The notes under the pieces are model-generated. The model ran no database searches, was not told where the DNA came from, and saw nothing but the letters and a program-made list of their open reading frames with translations. A stretch of 64,000 nucleotides of DNA from Hormiphora californensis (taxonomy: Eukaryota > Animalia > Ctenophora): NCBI GenBank assembly GCA_020137815.1, contig CM035358.1, positions 2,728,001-2,792,000 on the forward strand, in the 5' to 3' direction. The translations under genes were made by a program, and so were the position numbers. Shown in pieces: positions 1 through 12,230 of this stretch (within the stretch, counting starts at the first letter, position 1; each line of letters opens with the position of its first letter).

Positions 1-2848
1 TCAGTTTAGAATTTGCATTAATGCTCGACAGCTTCGGGTACTGGAGCTTATAAGGGTCTGGAACAGCAGTCGATCTGGTACGGCAAGTAACATCAACGAT
101 ATCTGTAGGTATTTGCTCAATGAGGTAATCTGGAGCACTTCCATGTACAATCTTATAGGCCATGAGACAGGCCTTAAAGATCACCCGTTGCTCCACAGGG
201 AGAATGTGGGTTTCTCTCATGTAAGGGAGGTAGTCCTCTTGATGACCGTGGAGTCCATAGATAAACCTTATACAAGAGTTGAGCACTTTCTGTAACCGAG
301 AGATGAGCTTCATTGGCAAACCTCCATAGAGGACATTGCAGTAATCCAAGCGGGATATAACCAGCTGCTTAACAAGAAGGATTCTGGTAGAGAAGTCCAG
401 GCATCGGTGGACTTGCCATAAATTCCTCAGTAGCATTCCACAGTTTCTTCTGACACTGTTCACCTGACGTTCCAATGTCAGGTTCTCATCCATATAAATA
501 CCCAGAGTCTTTCCGGTAGTACCTGTGAAGTCAACTGGGTAGATATCTGCATCCCCAAACCTAATACAGGGCTCAAAAGCCAGCTTGTCAATGGCACTGC
601 TCTTCCCTAGAAGAAGGAGCTCCGTCTTCGACTCATTACACTTCAGCCAATGCTGAACCATCCAAGTCTTGATCTGATCAAGACACTCTTCAACTTTCCT
701 CCTCGTGATACTCCATCCACTTTCATCAAGAGGGACTAGACTCACATAGATTTGAGAGTCATCCGCATAGAGTTTGATTTTGAGTCCATACTTGTGTACC
801 AGATCCTGTAGTTCCTCAACATATAAAAGAAACAAAACCGGTCCGAGAAGGGACCCTTGTGGCACTCCACAAATCAAGTAGATAATCTTCGATAGTTCTC
901 CTCTAACGTTGACTCTGAAGTTCCTCAGTCCAAGATAGCTAGTAAACCACTTGAGTGCTGTTCCTCTTATTCCAAATCTCCTTCTCAAAACATCCACAAG
1001 TTTAGCATGGTCAACCGTGTCGAACGCTGCACTCATGTCCAAAAGGAGTAGAGCTACAACATTTCCCTTATCCATCTCCTGCAGTAGATCATCAAACATC
1101 CCCATGAGTAGAGTTTCACAGGAATGACCAACTCTATATCCTGACTGGTGAGAGTTGAGTAGGTCATTTTCATTCAGAGCCTGATTCAGTTGATCAAGGA
1201 CAACTTTCTCTAGAACCTTAGAGACAAAGGGAAGGTTAGACACAGGACGGTAGTTGGAAAGGCTATCACGATCACCATAGGGGTTCTTGATGGTTGGAAA
1301 AACCAGTGCTTGCTGGAACAATTCTGGAACAATACCTTGACGGATAGAAGAATTGATAATCTTAGTAAAGAGTGGAGCAAAAACTTCCACGCACTCTTTG
1401 ATCAACCATGTCGGTATAAGATCAAGATCACACGTTTTATCCGACATATTCTTAATGATCCTCTTCATCTCATCCTCAGAGACTTCCCTGAATTCCTCAA
1501 GAATACAATCCTTATCCAGGTCCACAAGAGAGTCCACATCCTCCGCAGGAAAGTCCATATCTGCCTTCACTGAGTTCCTGATTTTTTCCACTTTTCCAGT
1601 AAAGAAGTCCGCAAAATCCTCGGCCAGTTTACGATCACAATCCACATCCGGCAACAACACCTCACTGTTTCCAAGTAGTCGATTTAGTTTCCTCTGTAAC
1701 GCTTTGGAATCCCCTTTTGATTCTTCAAGATCTTCTTTCAGATAGTTAGTCCTCGCTTCCTTATCAACTCTACTAAACATCTTCTTCATCACGTTATACT
1801 GCATCTTCGTAACAGGCGTCTTCTTGCTTCTCCAAGTCCTCTCCGCAGTCCGACGTCTTCTTAGCGCATCCCTGACATCATCATTGTCTCTCCACGGGCG
1901 AACCTTTTTCACTTTCTTTCTTCTCTTCAAAGGGACAAAACTATCTACTAACTCCTTGAGTTCTCTTTCATAGATCTCAAACAAATCATCTGGGGACTCC
2001 AAATCAAACCGTCCTTCAAGGCCACTTCCTCTGAGGGCCTTCATGAACAATACCGGGTCCACTGATTTAAAGTCTCTGTAGGTGTTAACTCGATCCCGTT
2101 GCTGTAGGTTTCCAACCTTAGTCTCCAGTACGACTTCACTCAGAACAAGAAAATGGTCAGACTCTGTTCCCTCAGGATGTATTTCCACAGATTTAACTTT
2201 CTCCTCTACCTCCTTTGGACATATAACCAGGTCAAGAGTGCCTCCACGGTTGTGTGTTGGTTGCCTGGGGACAAGCTGAGAAAACTCATGTGAGTCCAGG
2301 AGTTCAGCAAGCTTCTTAGTGTAGAAGTTGTCCCTATCCTGCCATTGAAAATTAAAGTCTCCCATAATAAGGGGAAGACCAGTCTTCAATACTAGCTCTG
2401 AGAGATAGTCTGTGAATTCCTCTAGGAACTTCGCTTCAGTGAACCTAGCTTTACCGGTATAGGGCGGTCTGTAAACATTACATATCCGAGTAAGGTCCGC
2501 TCCATTACCAATTAAAATCTCCTGAATCTGGAACGATTTAAATTTCCTCACTGGTGGTAGTTTCATCTTAACTCCATCCCTGTAGAGTATCCCAATACCG
2601 CCTCCTGCCCTCTCCGCCCTAGGGGATGAGAAAATATTCCAGCCATAGTCTCTTATCTCCTGAAGTTTCGCGGTATCACTAGTCTTCAAGTAGGTTTCCT
2701 GAATCAGACAGATATCACATTCCATGTCCTCAAGATGCGCTATAACCCCAGACGTTTTATTCATTATCGAGTGCACATTTAGTGTGCCAACACGCCACGT
2801 CTCTTTACCTTCAGTTCCTCCCACGCCCTCGTCAGATAAGCGTTTTTT
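1..2848 (-). CDS. LINE ORF2: AP endonuclease plus reverse transcriptase (runs off the window start)
   Basis: Manual translation: WRVGTLNVHSIMNK...ICLIQETYLK (APE start, ~2800-2690), LDMSAAFDTVDH (~1010-1045), GVPQGSLLGP (~840-870), KLYADDSQ (~750-775). I did not check every codon for stops; its absence from the ORF track fits an ORF open to the edge. Confidence 0.9.
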
Positions 2849-4086
2849 CTCTCCTTACTGACACCACTTGTGTTCTCCATCAGTCTTCCTCGAGCATTAA
2901 CATAATGCGGACACAAGTTACTTGATGCTGGATGGGATTTCGCATACTTCTTGTCATCCTTACTACCTCCAACATCACAGTTTACACACTTCATCCGATT
3001 GAGTTCATTCCCACTCTTCGCCCTACATTGTCTGGTGTCATGATCTCCTGCACAGAAGGCACAGGTGGCGCTTTTATCTTTACTCGGACAATAGACAGAT
3101 CCAGCTACGTGTCCATAACGCTGGCAGTGGAAACACTGAGTAACGTAGAATCTGTCCTTCACAATGTGCTGTCTTAACTTCAGGAAAATCCTATCTCGAT
3201 TATCAGCAATGGCTTCTCGTATATCAGGTGTAACCTTGAGCACCGCATACCTCCCAGCAGTGTTAACATGAATGACACTGACAGCCTGCCCAGACTCATA
3301 TAGCCTCTTCACCACTTCATTCTTATCACTCAAGATGGCGTCCAATAGCACCTCTTTGTTCAACAGGTCATGGTCCAGATCGGAAATCAATACCCGAGGA
3401 TCCATCTTCTTCTGCTTCTCAACAAACGGAGTAACATTCAGAAACGGGGACAGCACTTTCTCTGCTTCTTTGAGGTCGTCATCAGTTGCAAAAAACAACT
3501 GAGTGCCCTTCCTGTTCACCGAAGTGTCCAAGACGGGGATGTTCTTCAGAGCTTTCACGACCTTTGGTTTCACTACCATTTTCCACTTCTCCTCACACAT
3601 TGGTGTCACTCCTTCCTCATTGCTGTCTTTGATGCTCATATACCGTTTCACAGGGGTAGCTGGTGCAGCTTTCTTCTCCTGCTGACCAGAACTACACGTT
3701 ACTTCACTCTCCTCTCGGTTCTTCTTCAATATCTCATTGACTACTGGGGCCATGAGTCCAGGTAGGCTATCCATCAACTCTTGCTTCAGTTTTGAGAAAC
3801 CATCCTTCAGATCATCACTTGAAATCGAGACTCCAGAATCTGACGATGGTGTAGGACTCCGGGAACTGTCCGGAAGCATCCGGTAACACATAATCAACAT
3901 CTGCCAAAGATCCTTCTTCGTAGGTCCACCTGGAGCATCCATAGGCTCACCCGGGGTACCAGCATCCTCCTCCAATTTCTTCCACACTGTACTGCCTTTA
4001 CATTTGTCAGAGAAGCTCGTGACAAGGAGCTTACCTTCGAAGTCCTTCTTCGTTCCACTTTCATACTGGGGTGCCAATCCCGACAT
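2779..4086 (-). CDS. LINE ORF1, gag-like nucleic-acid-binding protein with C-terminal zinc knuckles
   Basis: ORF 2779-4164 has CFHCQRYGHVAGSVYC, CAFCAGDHDTRQC and CVNC...H...C knuckles. The first ATG after the SL is at 4086 and is in frame (4164 is a TTG). Confidence 0.9.
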   Translation of the reverse strand: MSGLAPQYESGTKKDFEGKLLVTSFSDKCKGSTVWKKLEEDAGTPGEPMDAPGGPTKKDLWQMLIMCYRMLPDSSRSPTPSSDSGVSISSDDLKDGFSKLKQELMDSLPGLMAPVVNEILKKNREESEVTCSSGQQEKKAAPATPVKRYMSIKDSNEEGVTPMCEEKWKMVVKPKVVKALKNIPVLDTSVNRKGTQLFFATDDDLKEAEKVLSPFLNVTPFVEKQKKMDPRVLISDLDHDLLNKEVLLDAILSDKNEVVKRLYESGQAVSVIHVNTAGRYAVLKVTPDIREAIADNRDRIFLKLRQHIVKDRFYVTQCFHCQRYGHVAGSVYCPSKDKSATCAFCAGDHDTRQCRAKSGNELNRMKCVNCDVGGSKDDKKYAKSHPASSNLCPHYVNARGRLMENTSGVSKERKNAYLTRAWEELKVKRRGVLAH

Positions 4087-4272
4087 TCTATCCTGTAACA
4101 GTGGCGCGAGGATCCGATCCACCAAGATTTGGCTTCCTGGATTTGGCTCAACGAGGTCTCCCAAGATCTGCCCAACTTAGAAAGAGACAGGAACACCAGG
4201 CTTGTCTTGTCTTGAAAAGAGGGGGATTGAGCAGAAGTCTTAGAAGAGTAACGAGGAGCAGTTGAACGGAAC

Positions 4273-4314
4273 CTCAAATTAATTTGTTTAAAGTAGTGTT
4301 GAAAAGTTTGAAAC
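4273..4314 (-). other. Retroposed spliced-leader (SL) exon copy at the LINE 5' end
   Basis: Minus strand reads GTTTCAAACTTTTCAACACTACTTTAAACAAATTAATTTGAG, identical to 63104-63145 (+); it matches my recollection of the ctenophore SL. Confidence 0.85.
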
Positions 4315-5108
4315 CATAATGTTTCTAACTGCTACTTGAAAGTTTAAAAACATGAGAAGTGTTCATGAGAAATAAGTGCATCAGGTCCTCATTCCTTTAT
4401 GTTCCTTCTGTTATATTTTACAAGCACAGTTCAAAATTGTCACGCAAACATGGCAGTAAAGAGAGGGATAGAGGGAATGAGAGAGAAGAGAGAGAAAAGA
4501 GAAAGGAAATAAAGAGAGAGAATGAGAGAAAGGGACAGGATGATAGTCCCTTGTTCCACCACATGCAAGTGAGGTGGGAATTTGAGGAATGCAACTTGGA
4601 ATGTTTGCACAATGCGTTTTACACAATGTGTTTTACACTAGGGTTCAGAAAACTGAATTTCTATGCAACTGGAGTTTATACAATCATTACAATGTACATG
4701 CTTTTTCTCCCGCTCTCTTACTCTCTCGAAATATTGAACTTTTGTTCGTTTAGCACGCAAAATCATCATGATTGTGTGTATAGGGACATAGAAGAAGAGA
4801 GAGAGGGAGAGAGAGAAAGAAGAGAGAGAAAGAAAAAGAGAGATTGATTGGCAATTTGTTGATGGGCGCCTGGATATTGTTGACATTGGTTTAATCGTCT
4901 ATTTGACTCCAACGTCCTAGCATGACTTTACCTACATTCATCTCCTAATATGGCATAATGACGGATGTAAAAAGGTCATCAAGTTTTTAATCGTCCTAAG
5001 ACCGCACATTATACACAGGTGAAATTATGAATATGCAATGAGAATTGTTGCAGCTCTTGTAGTGCTGTGGTAGTCGTGTAATCAGACCTTACGGAAATGA
5101 TTACGACT

Positions 5109-5157
<49 letters not shown>

Positions 5158-5560
5158 CTTGGATTTCCGCTCGCTCCTGATTCGGTGGCACATGGTCTGT
5201 CCACGTGGTAGAAACACGACGAGAAATCTAGCCAGAAAGTAAGATAGTGGGGGAGAGAGGAAGAGAGAGACAAAGAGAGGGGAAGCCATATTTTTCCTAT
5301 GCAATATCATGCAAGCACATAAGTAATTAACGATGCCTGGACCATTTGCAGACACACTACACAATTAGCCACTCCCCCTCTTTCCTATAGTGAATTATAT
5401 TATTTCACTCATTGCCATTATTATTGGCCCAATAAGTTATTGGCTTCAATGAATTGATTGTAATTTAGTTTTCCTGGCATCAATAACTCCCTCTCTGATT
5501 TGCACCCTACCAAATTGTCCTATTCCCTCCACACTCTAACCCCCTTTAATTCCCTTTCAG

Positions 5561-6362
5561 AGGAGGCGAATGCATCCAAGATGCCCACGAGGGCCCCTGG
5601 TACCTATGTGCCTCCTGCAATTAGAAAGGGAGACAGCCGCGATGACAGCCAGTCAAGGCAACGAGGTAATAAGGCTACATTTTTATTTCACAGTTAATAC
5701 TGTGTGTTTTTAAATGACTGAGACTGTTCAAATCGACATAGCATCAAAAGTTGTGAATATTTTGCTCTGAAATTTTAGGACAAGGTAGATGGCTACCTGC
5801 CATTTATTGTACTCGAATTTCAGCAAAATCGGTCGTTCCTGAATGAACCTATAGCCCAAAAACCTCCTCTAACTTTGAGCGCTCAGATCTCTGCAACCTG
5901 ATGAGGTAGAGAGCTCAAACTTTCACAATATGTTCATTAGACAATTTACAAACTTTTGGCTGCTTGGTTTGGCGATATCTTTTTTAGTTCCTTCGCAGGA
6001 ACGCGGCAAAGTGGTGTAAGTCGGCCTAATTGGGAGCATTTTTGCACTCAGGTATCACGTATCACGTGTCTTACTGGGGGTAATCAGCCCCAGCAATGTG
6101 TTACACCGATTCTGTAATTGGTTCCGAGTGTGGCAAAGTGTGGCGCTTCGTCAGCAGACGTGATCATAGTGTCTGAAGTCGTTGACAAGGTCACGTGACT
6201 AGCTGTGGTGCTGAGTGTGGTAGAGCGTGGCGCTTCGTCATGACAAGAGAGAGGGAGAGAGAGAAAGAGTTATACTCAGCAGATAGAGAGAGAGCGAATC
6301 GGTGACACTAGACGTTGTTATCATGTCGAGATGTTCCACATCTAATCACGTGACCTTGTAAC

Positions 6363-6405
<43 letters not shown>

Positions 6406-7860
6406 CAGAATGTAAAGGAAGAGAATTAGAAAAGTTTGTCTGGATTTCAGAGTGTGACCGATTTCGGACATTATGTCTGATCACGCCTGCTGACGAAGCG
6501 CCATGCACTTTACCACACTCAGCACCAATTACATAATCGGTTTAACACATGGCTGGGGGCTGATTACCTCCAGTAAGACACGTGATACGTGATACCTGAG
6601 TGCAAAAATGCTCCCAATTAGGCCGACTTACACCACTTTGCCGCGTTCCTGCGAAGGAACTAAAAAAGATATCGCCAAACCAAGCAGCCAAAAGTTTGTA
6701 AATTGTCTAATGAACATATTGTGAAAGTTTGAGCTCTCTACCTCATCAGGTTGCAGAGATCTGAGCGCTCAAAGTTAGAGGAGGTTTTTGGGCTACAGGT
6801 TCATTCATGAACGACCGATTTTGCTGAAATTCGAGTACAATAAATGGCAGGTAGCCATCTACCTTGTCCTAAAATTTCAGAGCAAAATATTCACAACTTT
6901 TGACGCTATGTCGATTTGAACAGTCTCAGTCATTTAAAAACACACAGTAGTTATGTCTTAACAAATAGCTCTTTTCTTGACATTTCTTCACTGCGAATAA
7001 GATATCATCGCATCTAACAATAGTTCCGAATATAGCAAATACCCTCTCTTTTCCAAAGATGAAAACCCGACTATCCGAGTATCGAATTTGGCGGAGGAGA
7101 CATCAGATAAGGATCTACAGGAGCTGTTCAAGCCATTTGGAACTCTCTCCAGGATCTACCTGGCAAAGGACAAGAATACTGGAATTTCCAAGGTTCGTAC
7201 AGTAGCAAATTACAGGGTGATGGACAATCAGGCAAAATGGCTTCGGTCCCGTCCCCTGCCTCCTCTCTCATCCCGCTAGAACTTAGCGGCGGCAGCGGAC
7301 AGGTGTTTCGCAGTGCGCGCACGAACAAACTTATAACGGAAAGGACACAATTTCAGCAGTTGGTCCGCGCGTCATCCAATGTTTAAACTTCACATCCAAG
7401 ACCAGGGGTGTTGAAATCTCCGACACACACTGTCAGAGATTTCACAATGTGATGAATGAAACACGCTCTTGTACAATAACTTTAGACGATGAAGCATTAT
7501 CCAACATTTTAAGTTAGCTAGTAAAATGTGAAAACTGCCTGAACAATAAACAATAAGTTGCCGGGGGTTACTTTTTCCCGCTCCAATTCACCACTACTTC
7601 CGGTGCTAACACCTCCCCCTCTCTCCTAACAGGGTTTCGCCTATATAACATACAACCGACGAGAGTCAGCGGAGAAAGCCTTGAAGCAACTGCACAGATA
7701 CAGATATGGACATCTTATCCTGCAAGTGGAATGGGCAAAGTAAGTTTAGAAGGGGGTCCCCAGGGAATATTTGGTAACCTAGCAGTACTAGAAATCCGTC
7801 TAAATATTCTCATATTTTCTAACCCACATTCTCCCTTTTTTCAGGCCCTCCGGATCGTGA
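5561..7860 (+). CDS. EIF3G: Translation initiation factor 3 subunit G, last four exons (5561-5665, 7059-7192, 7633-7739, 7845-7860); 5' exons not found in the window
   Basis: GT-AG exons join in phase to give GTYVPPAIRKG...DENPTIRVSNLAEETSDKDLQELFKPFGTLSRIYLAKDKNTGISKGFAYITY...YGHLILQVEWAKPSGS*, the eIF3g C-terminal RRM. Confidence 0.95.
5700..6947. mobile_element. Non-autonomous fold-back DNA transposon (MITE), ~470-bp TIRs, TA target duplication (Tc1/mariner-type), in an eIF3g intron
   Basis: TA|CTGTGTGTTTTTAAATGACTGAG ... CTCAGTCATTTAAAAACACACAG|TA; the arms are near-perfect reverse complements. Confidence 0.9.
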
Positions 7861-7972
7861 TTGTGACGAGTTTTCTGTTTTAATTACGCACACACGGGGG
7901 ACACTGACAGAGCATGTTGTTAAGTTATTTTACCGTTTAAACCGTGGTGAAACTTGTTGTTATATTTCTCTC

Positions 7973-8265
7973 ACAACGGTTACCCCTTTATTGAAAACTT
8001 TGGTATGTCAGAGAATGGATAATATAATTAGTGGATTGGATGCGAATGAACAACGCACTAGATTTTGGAAATAGAGGGATTGTAGTTGGATTGCTTGTAT
8101 CCTGTTCGGGCCAGGCTGTGAGCAATTCAACCGACAAGCTGTCTGGCGGTGCCGACTTGATCTGACCGCACTGTGTGAAAACGGGGTCTGGCGGCGCCAG
8201 ACAGCCGAAGAGCAAGGTTGTGGGCCTGGGAGAAGCTGATTTTAATCTACAGGGGTAACCGTTGT
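7973..8265. mobile_element. Small MITE-like element with 15-bp TIRs between the convergent EIF3G and ATP6V0B 3' ends
   Basis: ACAACGGTTACCCCT (7973-7987) and AGGGGTAACCGTTGT (8251-8265). It contains the CTGTCTGGCGG...GCCAGACAG motif that recurs at 38.4-40.6 kb. No clear TSD. Confidence 0.55.
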
Positions 8266-8615
8266 TGTGTCAAAATTCAAAACTAAAAGACGGATCTTTT
8301 TAAAAATAAATTACACAAGAAGAGACTATTGCACATACACACACACATGGGAATAAATCCTTCACACAATCACACGTCACAAAATCCTTGTTGTGTAACT
8401 TGATTACACACAACAAAATCCAATATCATATCAGATGTATATCAATCCGATTGCATCGCCCTACCCGAGGAGGGTTAGAACATCGGCAATCAATCCAATA
8501 TGTTAGAGTTTCAAATGTTGGAGCAACAATATATCACATGCGAGGGAAAGTTGCAAAAAGCTGCCTTTGCCCGCAAAGACAGAGGAGAGAGATCCTTTTG
8601 TTGTCTGTGGTCTTT

Positions 8616-10549
8616 TTAACTGGACGAGATCTTCCTGTTGTTTCCCTAAAGAAAGAAAGAAAGTTGGTGAGAGAAAGGAACAATAAATTGAGGCACAAAT
8701 CATGTGCACTTTGGTAGCAATGAAAAAAATCAAGAGCCACTTTCAGCCCCCCCCCCCCTCCCCATAATTTGGGGCCGTGTTGCTTACCAAAAGTACGGCG
8801 ATGATAACTCCAAACAGACCAATGGCACTTCCGAAAATCTCAATGACCAGAATCTGAAATTGAGTAGGTTTTACAGGGGCGTATATTGTGAAAATGCAAT
8901 GCACCGCCTATTTTGTGTGTCTTGGTAATTTGTGAACACACTCACCCTAACAAAGAGTTCTCCATTCTGCGCATCAGCCAGAGCGGCACCACTGAAAAGA
9001 GAACCAGGGTTAGAAATCAAAGGCCGCTTTTGCCCCTGGATCAGAGAGAACCAGTCCGGGATTGGATGTGAATGTACAGGCTGTGCGCGCGGCGTCGTGT
9101 GTAACCTATTGCTAGTTTTAAATGCTAACAACTCCCTGCTACCATTGTGCGCGGTGGAAAGTTTCCGGACGTATGTCAGTAGACCCCCCTCATTACCTCC
9201 CCACAATCCCAACGCAGATCCCACATGCCAAGTTGCACATTCCGGTCAGGAGTCCAGCGAAGAAGAGGCAGTATCCGTTGAAGATGTAGGTGTTGTAATT
9301 GTCAAGCCAATCCTCTGGGGTGGTATCCTGGGGAGGGATGGTGTGACCGTGTGTTAGTGGGACATATTGTGGCAGTTGTGTGTAATCCTAGTAGGCTAGG
9401 AGAGAGATAACAGGGGAGAGAGGAAATACACGTCTAGCATGTGCCTGTACAAACGAAACGCATACTACGCTCATAACAAAAACCTCCTTACTTTATCACA
9501 AAACAAGAACTTCCCAAGTTATAAATTGAGAACATGTACGAACCGGAACCCCAAGGAATCGAACCAAACCCCCTGAACTGCACCTTTACACCACTCCCCC
9601 AAAAATACCGCAACACCAACCTCCAACACTACTAATACTTACATCGATATTCTGAACAAGAATAATTGCAATGATAATTCCATAGATAGCCACGGCCTCA
9701 CAGAAGATAACAGATACCAGATTCTTGGTTTTAATTCGAGGTGCCTTCACTCCAGCTCCCACAATAGAGGCTCCGGTGATAAACATACCCCTGAAAATTG
9801 AGCAAGATTACGGAGTGGAGGGGGAGATAGAGGGGGAGATAGGGGTTGTGCCTCTGTAAAGAGAGGTGCAGTGGATTTGGTAGAGTTTGTATATCATACA
9901 GCTTTAGGGAGACGTTAGAAGAAGAAGGGGACTGTAAGAGCAGGTACTTTGGTATTTAGACTGGCCACTGGGTGGGGTTGTATTTTTAGAAGTCAGGATA
10001 AGAATGTGTAAAGACAGTATTGAGGTTGCATATATCACCATTCACACACAATGAGACAAGTAACTACTCCAGGTGTATGTGTATGACCGGGTATAACAGG
10101 TTCTACGACCCAAGTCCCACACTAAACTGTTACTTTTGTTTTAGTTTATCGTCGCTTGTAATACTGTCGAAAAAACCCCAAATTCTCACTTACCATGCTG
10201 CCCCAAGAACAGAGAATGAGATGGCAATTGCGATCCCAACGCAAGCCCATGTGTAGGAAGAGATGCTCTCTAAAACCCAACCAACATCAAACTCTGATCC
10301 ACGTCCACTGAACATGTAGAACAGTCCTGGGAATTAGGGGGTTAATAATGGAAGTACATCTGTGGTTCCATGACTAGGAAAACAAAAAGATTGCTCCTTT
10401 AACCTAACTCATCTCCCTTCTTTTTATTCCCTAATTTCCAGTTGTAGATTACCAATAGAAATGAAGACCAATAGAATTATGACATAGGCAGCATAGCATC
10501 CAGTTGCGTAGCTTCCCTTTCCCCCGCGGCCGCTATCATATGCCCCCAT
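8616..10549 (-). CDS. ATP6V0B: V-type ATPase 21-kDa proteolipid subunit c'' (7 exons: 10453-10549, 10194-10326, 9643-9790, 9197-9327, 8946-8991, 8788-8853, 8616-8645)
   Basis: Spliced translation includes [59 protein letters not shown] and [18 protein letters not shown]. Confidence 0.95.
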
Positions 10550-10862
10550 ATCTCTCTTGTGTTTGAGATTGGTTAACAACTACTGCTATTGTAGAAGGAA
10601 GTGGGGTTAGACTTTACAACAGGAATAAGAATTCAAATTCTATAGAAATATCTGAAGATAAAAGTTTCAAGTACTAAAAAGTCAGGACACATTCCACAAA
10701 CAGACTTCTGTAAAATCAGAAAACACAGTACATGCAAACAGTAAACACACATTCAAATATTTGTAGGTCGCACAGCGAGACAACATGTAAAAATACATTC
10801 TATACCAGAAAATCAAAAAGAAAATAATTTACTTCCCAGAGCATTAATTAACCCATATCAAA

Positions 10863-11900
10863 CTAGGACGAGTACTCAAAACTAAATGTTATATTCCTCT
10901 TATACTCCTGGTCAGGTTGAAGAATACAATCCGGGAAGCCCTTCACATTAACCGCATTTGGGAAGTTCTGAGCCTCCAGAGCGACCCCTGAATGTTTATC
11001 ATACCTCTTCCCACCCTTACCCTCGGCTGTTCCATCTAGATAATTACCGGTGTACACATGAATACCAGGCTGATTTGTGTGAATCTTTACCCTCCTCGTA
11101 TCACTGGCTATCTCCGCTGCTGGAACCACCCAGCCATCCTTAGCTAGCAATGCAAACGTGTGATCGAATCCACCGCTGACAGAACTTATCTTGTCGCAGA
11201 TGGGCGTGTCCCTGAACTCAAATGCCGTCCCTTTGCAGTCGATAATCTCACCCGTTGGGAGAATTGTGTCAGAGTTCATTTCAATATACCCTGCGTAATC
11301 ATAAACAGTTAATTTATCTTTAAGGGCACTCTCCTCACCACCTGACATATTGAAATACGGATGGAAGGTAAGGTTAATGGGGGTAACCTGATCACATGTT
11401 GCAGTCATATCAATGCTCAGGAAGGTACCCTTCACCCTCCCTCCTCTTGTCTTACTCCTAAGCGATATGTCAACTGTGACAGTCAGACTTCCCGGATACC
11501 CATCCGTGCCATCCGGCTGGAAGTGAGACAACCTTAGCACATTGTCCAGAACCTCAACATCCCAGACGACCTTGGACAAACCAATAAACCCGCCATGCAG
11601 GTGTGTGTCATTATTATTGTTCAAACTCAGCTGATAATCATTGTCACCGATTGAGAACTGTCCACCTCCGATACGACCCGCAACTCGACCAACTATACAG
11701 CCGGAGTAGAAATCATGATCCTCATACCCACTGACATCATCAAAACCCAGCAATACATCAACACCATCCGGGAAGATAAATGAGACAAGTGAGGCACCGT
11801 AGTCTGTTACAGATATCTCAATTCCAGATTCACTCTTGCACGTGTACAAATTACATGCTTTGCCACTTTTTAGAGTGCCAAATGGCTTAACTTCCCACAT
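10863..11900 (-). CDS. GALM: Aldose 1-epimerase (galactose mutarotase), intronless
   Basis: 345-aa ORF with GRVAGRI, HLHGG, NLTFHPYFN, GFDHTF, QPGIHVYTGN and LEAQNFPNAVN motifs. Confidence 0.93.
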   Translation of the reverse strand: MWEVKPFGTLKSGKACNLYTCKSESGIEISVTDYGASLVSFIFPDGVDVLLGFDDVSGYEDHDFYSGCIVGRVAGRIGGGQFSIGDNDYQLSLNNNNDTHLHGGFIGLSKVVWDVEVLDNVLRLSHFQPDGTDGYPGSLTVTVDISLRSKTRGGRVKGTFLSIDMTATCDQVTPINLTFHPYFNMSGGEESALKDKLTVYDYAGYIEMNSDTILPTGEIIDCKGTAFEFRDTPICDKISSVSGGFDHTFALLAKDGWVVPAAEIASDTRRVKIHTNQPGIHVYTGNYLDGTAEGKGGKRYDKHSGVALEAQNFPNAVNVKGFPDCILQPDQEYKRNITFSFEYSS

Positions 11901-12230
11901 GCTAAAAACAGCTGGATATGTCTATTAATATGTGTTTTAGAAAAAAATTCAATTTATAAGTTCTTCTGTAAACTGTAAAAAGTTCTGGTATCATGCCTTT
12001 ATCTTCTCAGGAAAAACAAAACCGAGCAAAATCGAGTGTGGCAACTTTTTTACTAAAAAAAGAAAGATTTTTAGATGGCATGCACTGTAAAAATCGCAGT
12101 AATGCCGTATAGTGTCTTGTAAAAGTTTGAGTTACAAAAAAGACTACAGACTGTGAATTTATCAGTATGTAATAAAAATACTCTGAGATTTTGAGTTTGA
12201 TTTGTTCTTATTTAGATATGCTACGCTTTG

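Larger units (their letters stand above)
1..4314 (-). mobile_element. Non-LTR retrotransposon (LINE, L2/CR1 group), 5'-complete, 3' end outside the window; probably lies antisense in an eIF3g intron
   Basis: ORF1 with zinc knuckles followed by ORF2 with AP endonuclease and RT motifs; the 5' end is a 42-nt spliced-leader copy at 4273-4314. Confidence 0.95.

Noticed and set aside
4230-4314. SL RNA gene (the SL is followed by GT)
   Set aside because: GTTCCG is a poor donor, no Sm site is visible downstream, and the sequence runs straight into the LINE UTR and ORF1.
4359-5364. ERERER/LSLSLS ORFs here and throughout the window
   Set aside because: Translations of (GA)n/(TC)n microsatellites.
5898-5922. 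CTGATGAG as a hammerhead core in the MITE arm
   Set aside because: No GAAA at the proper position after a helix II.
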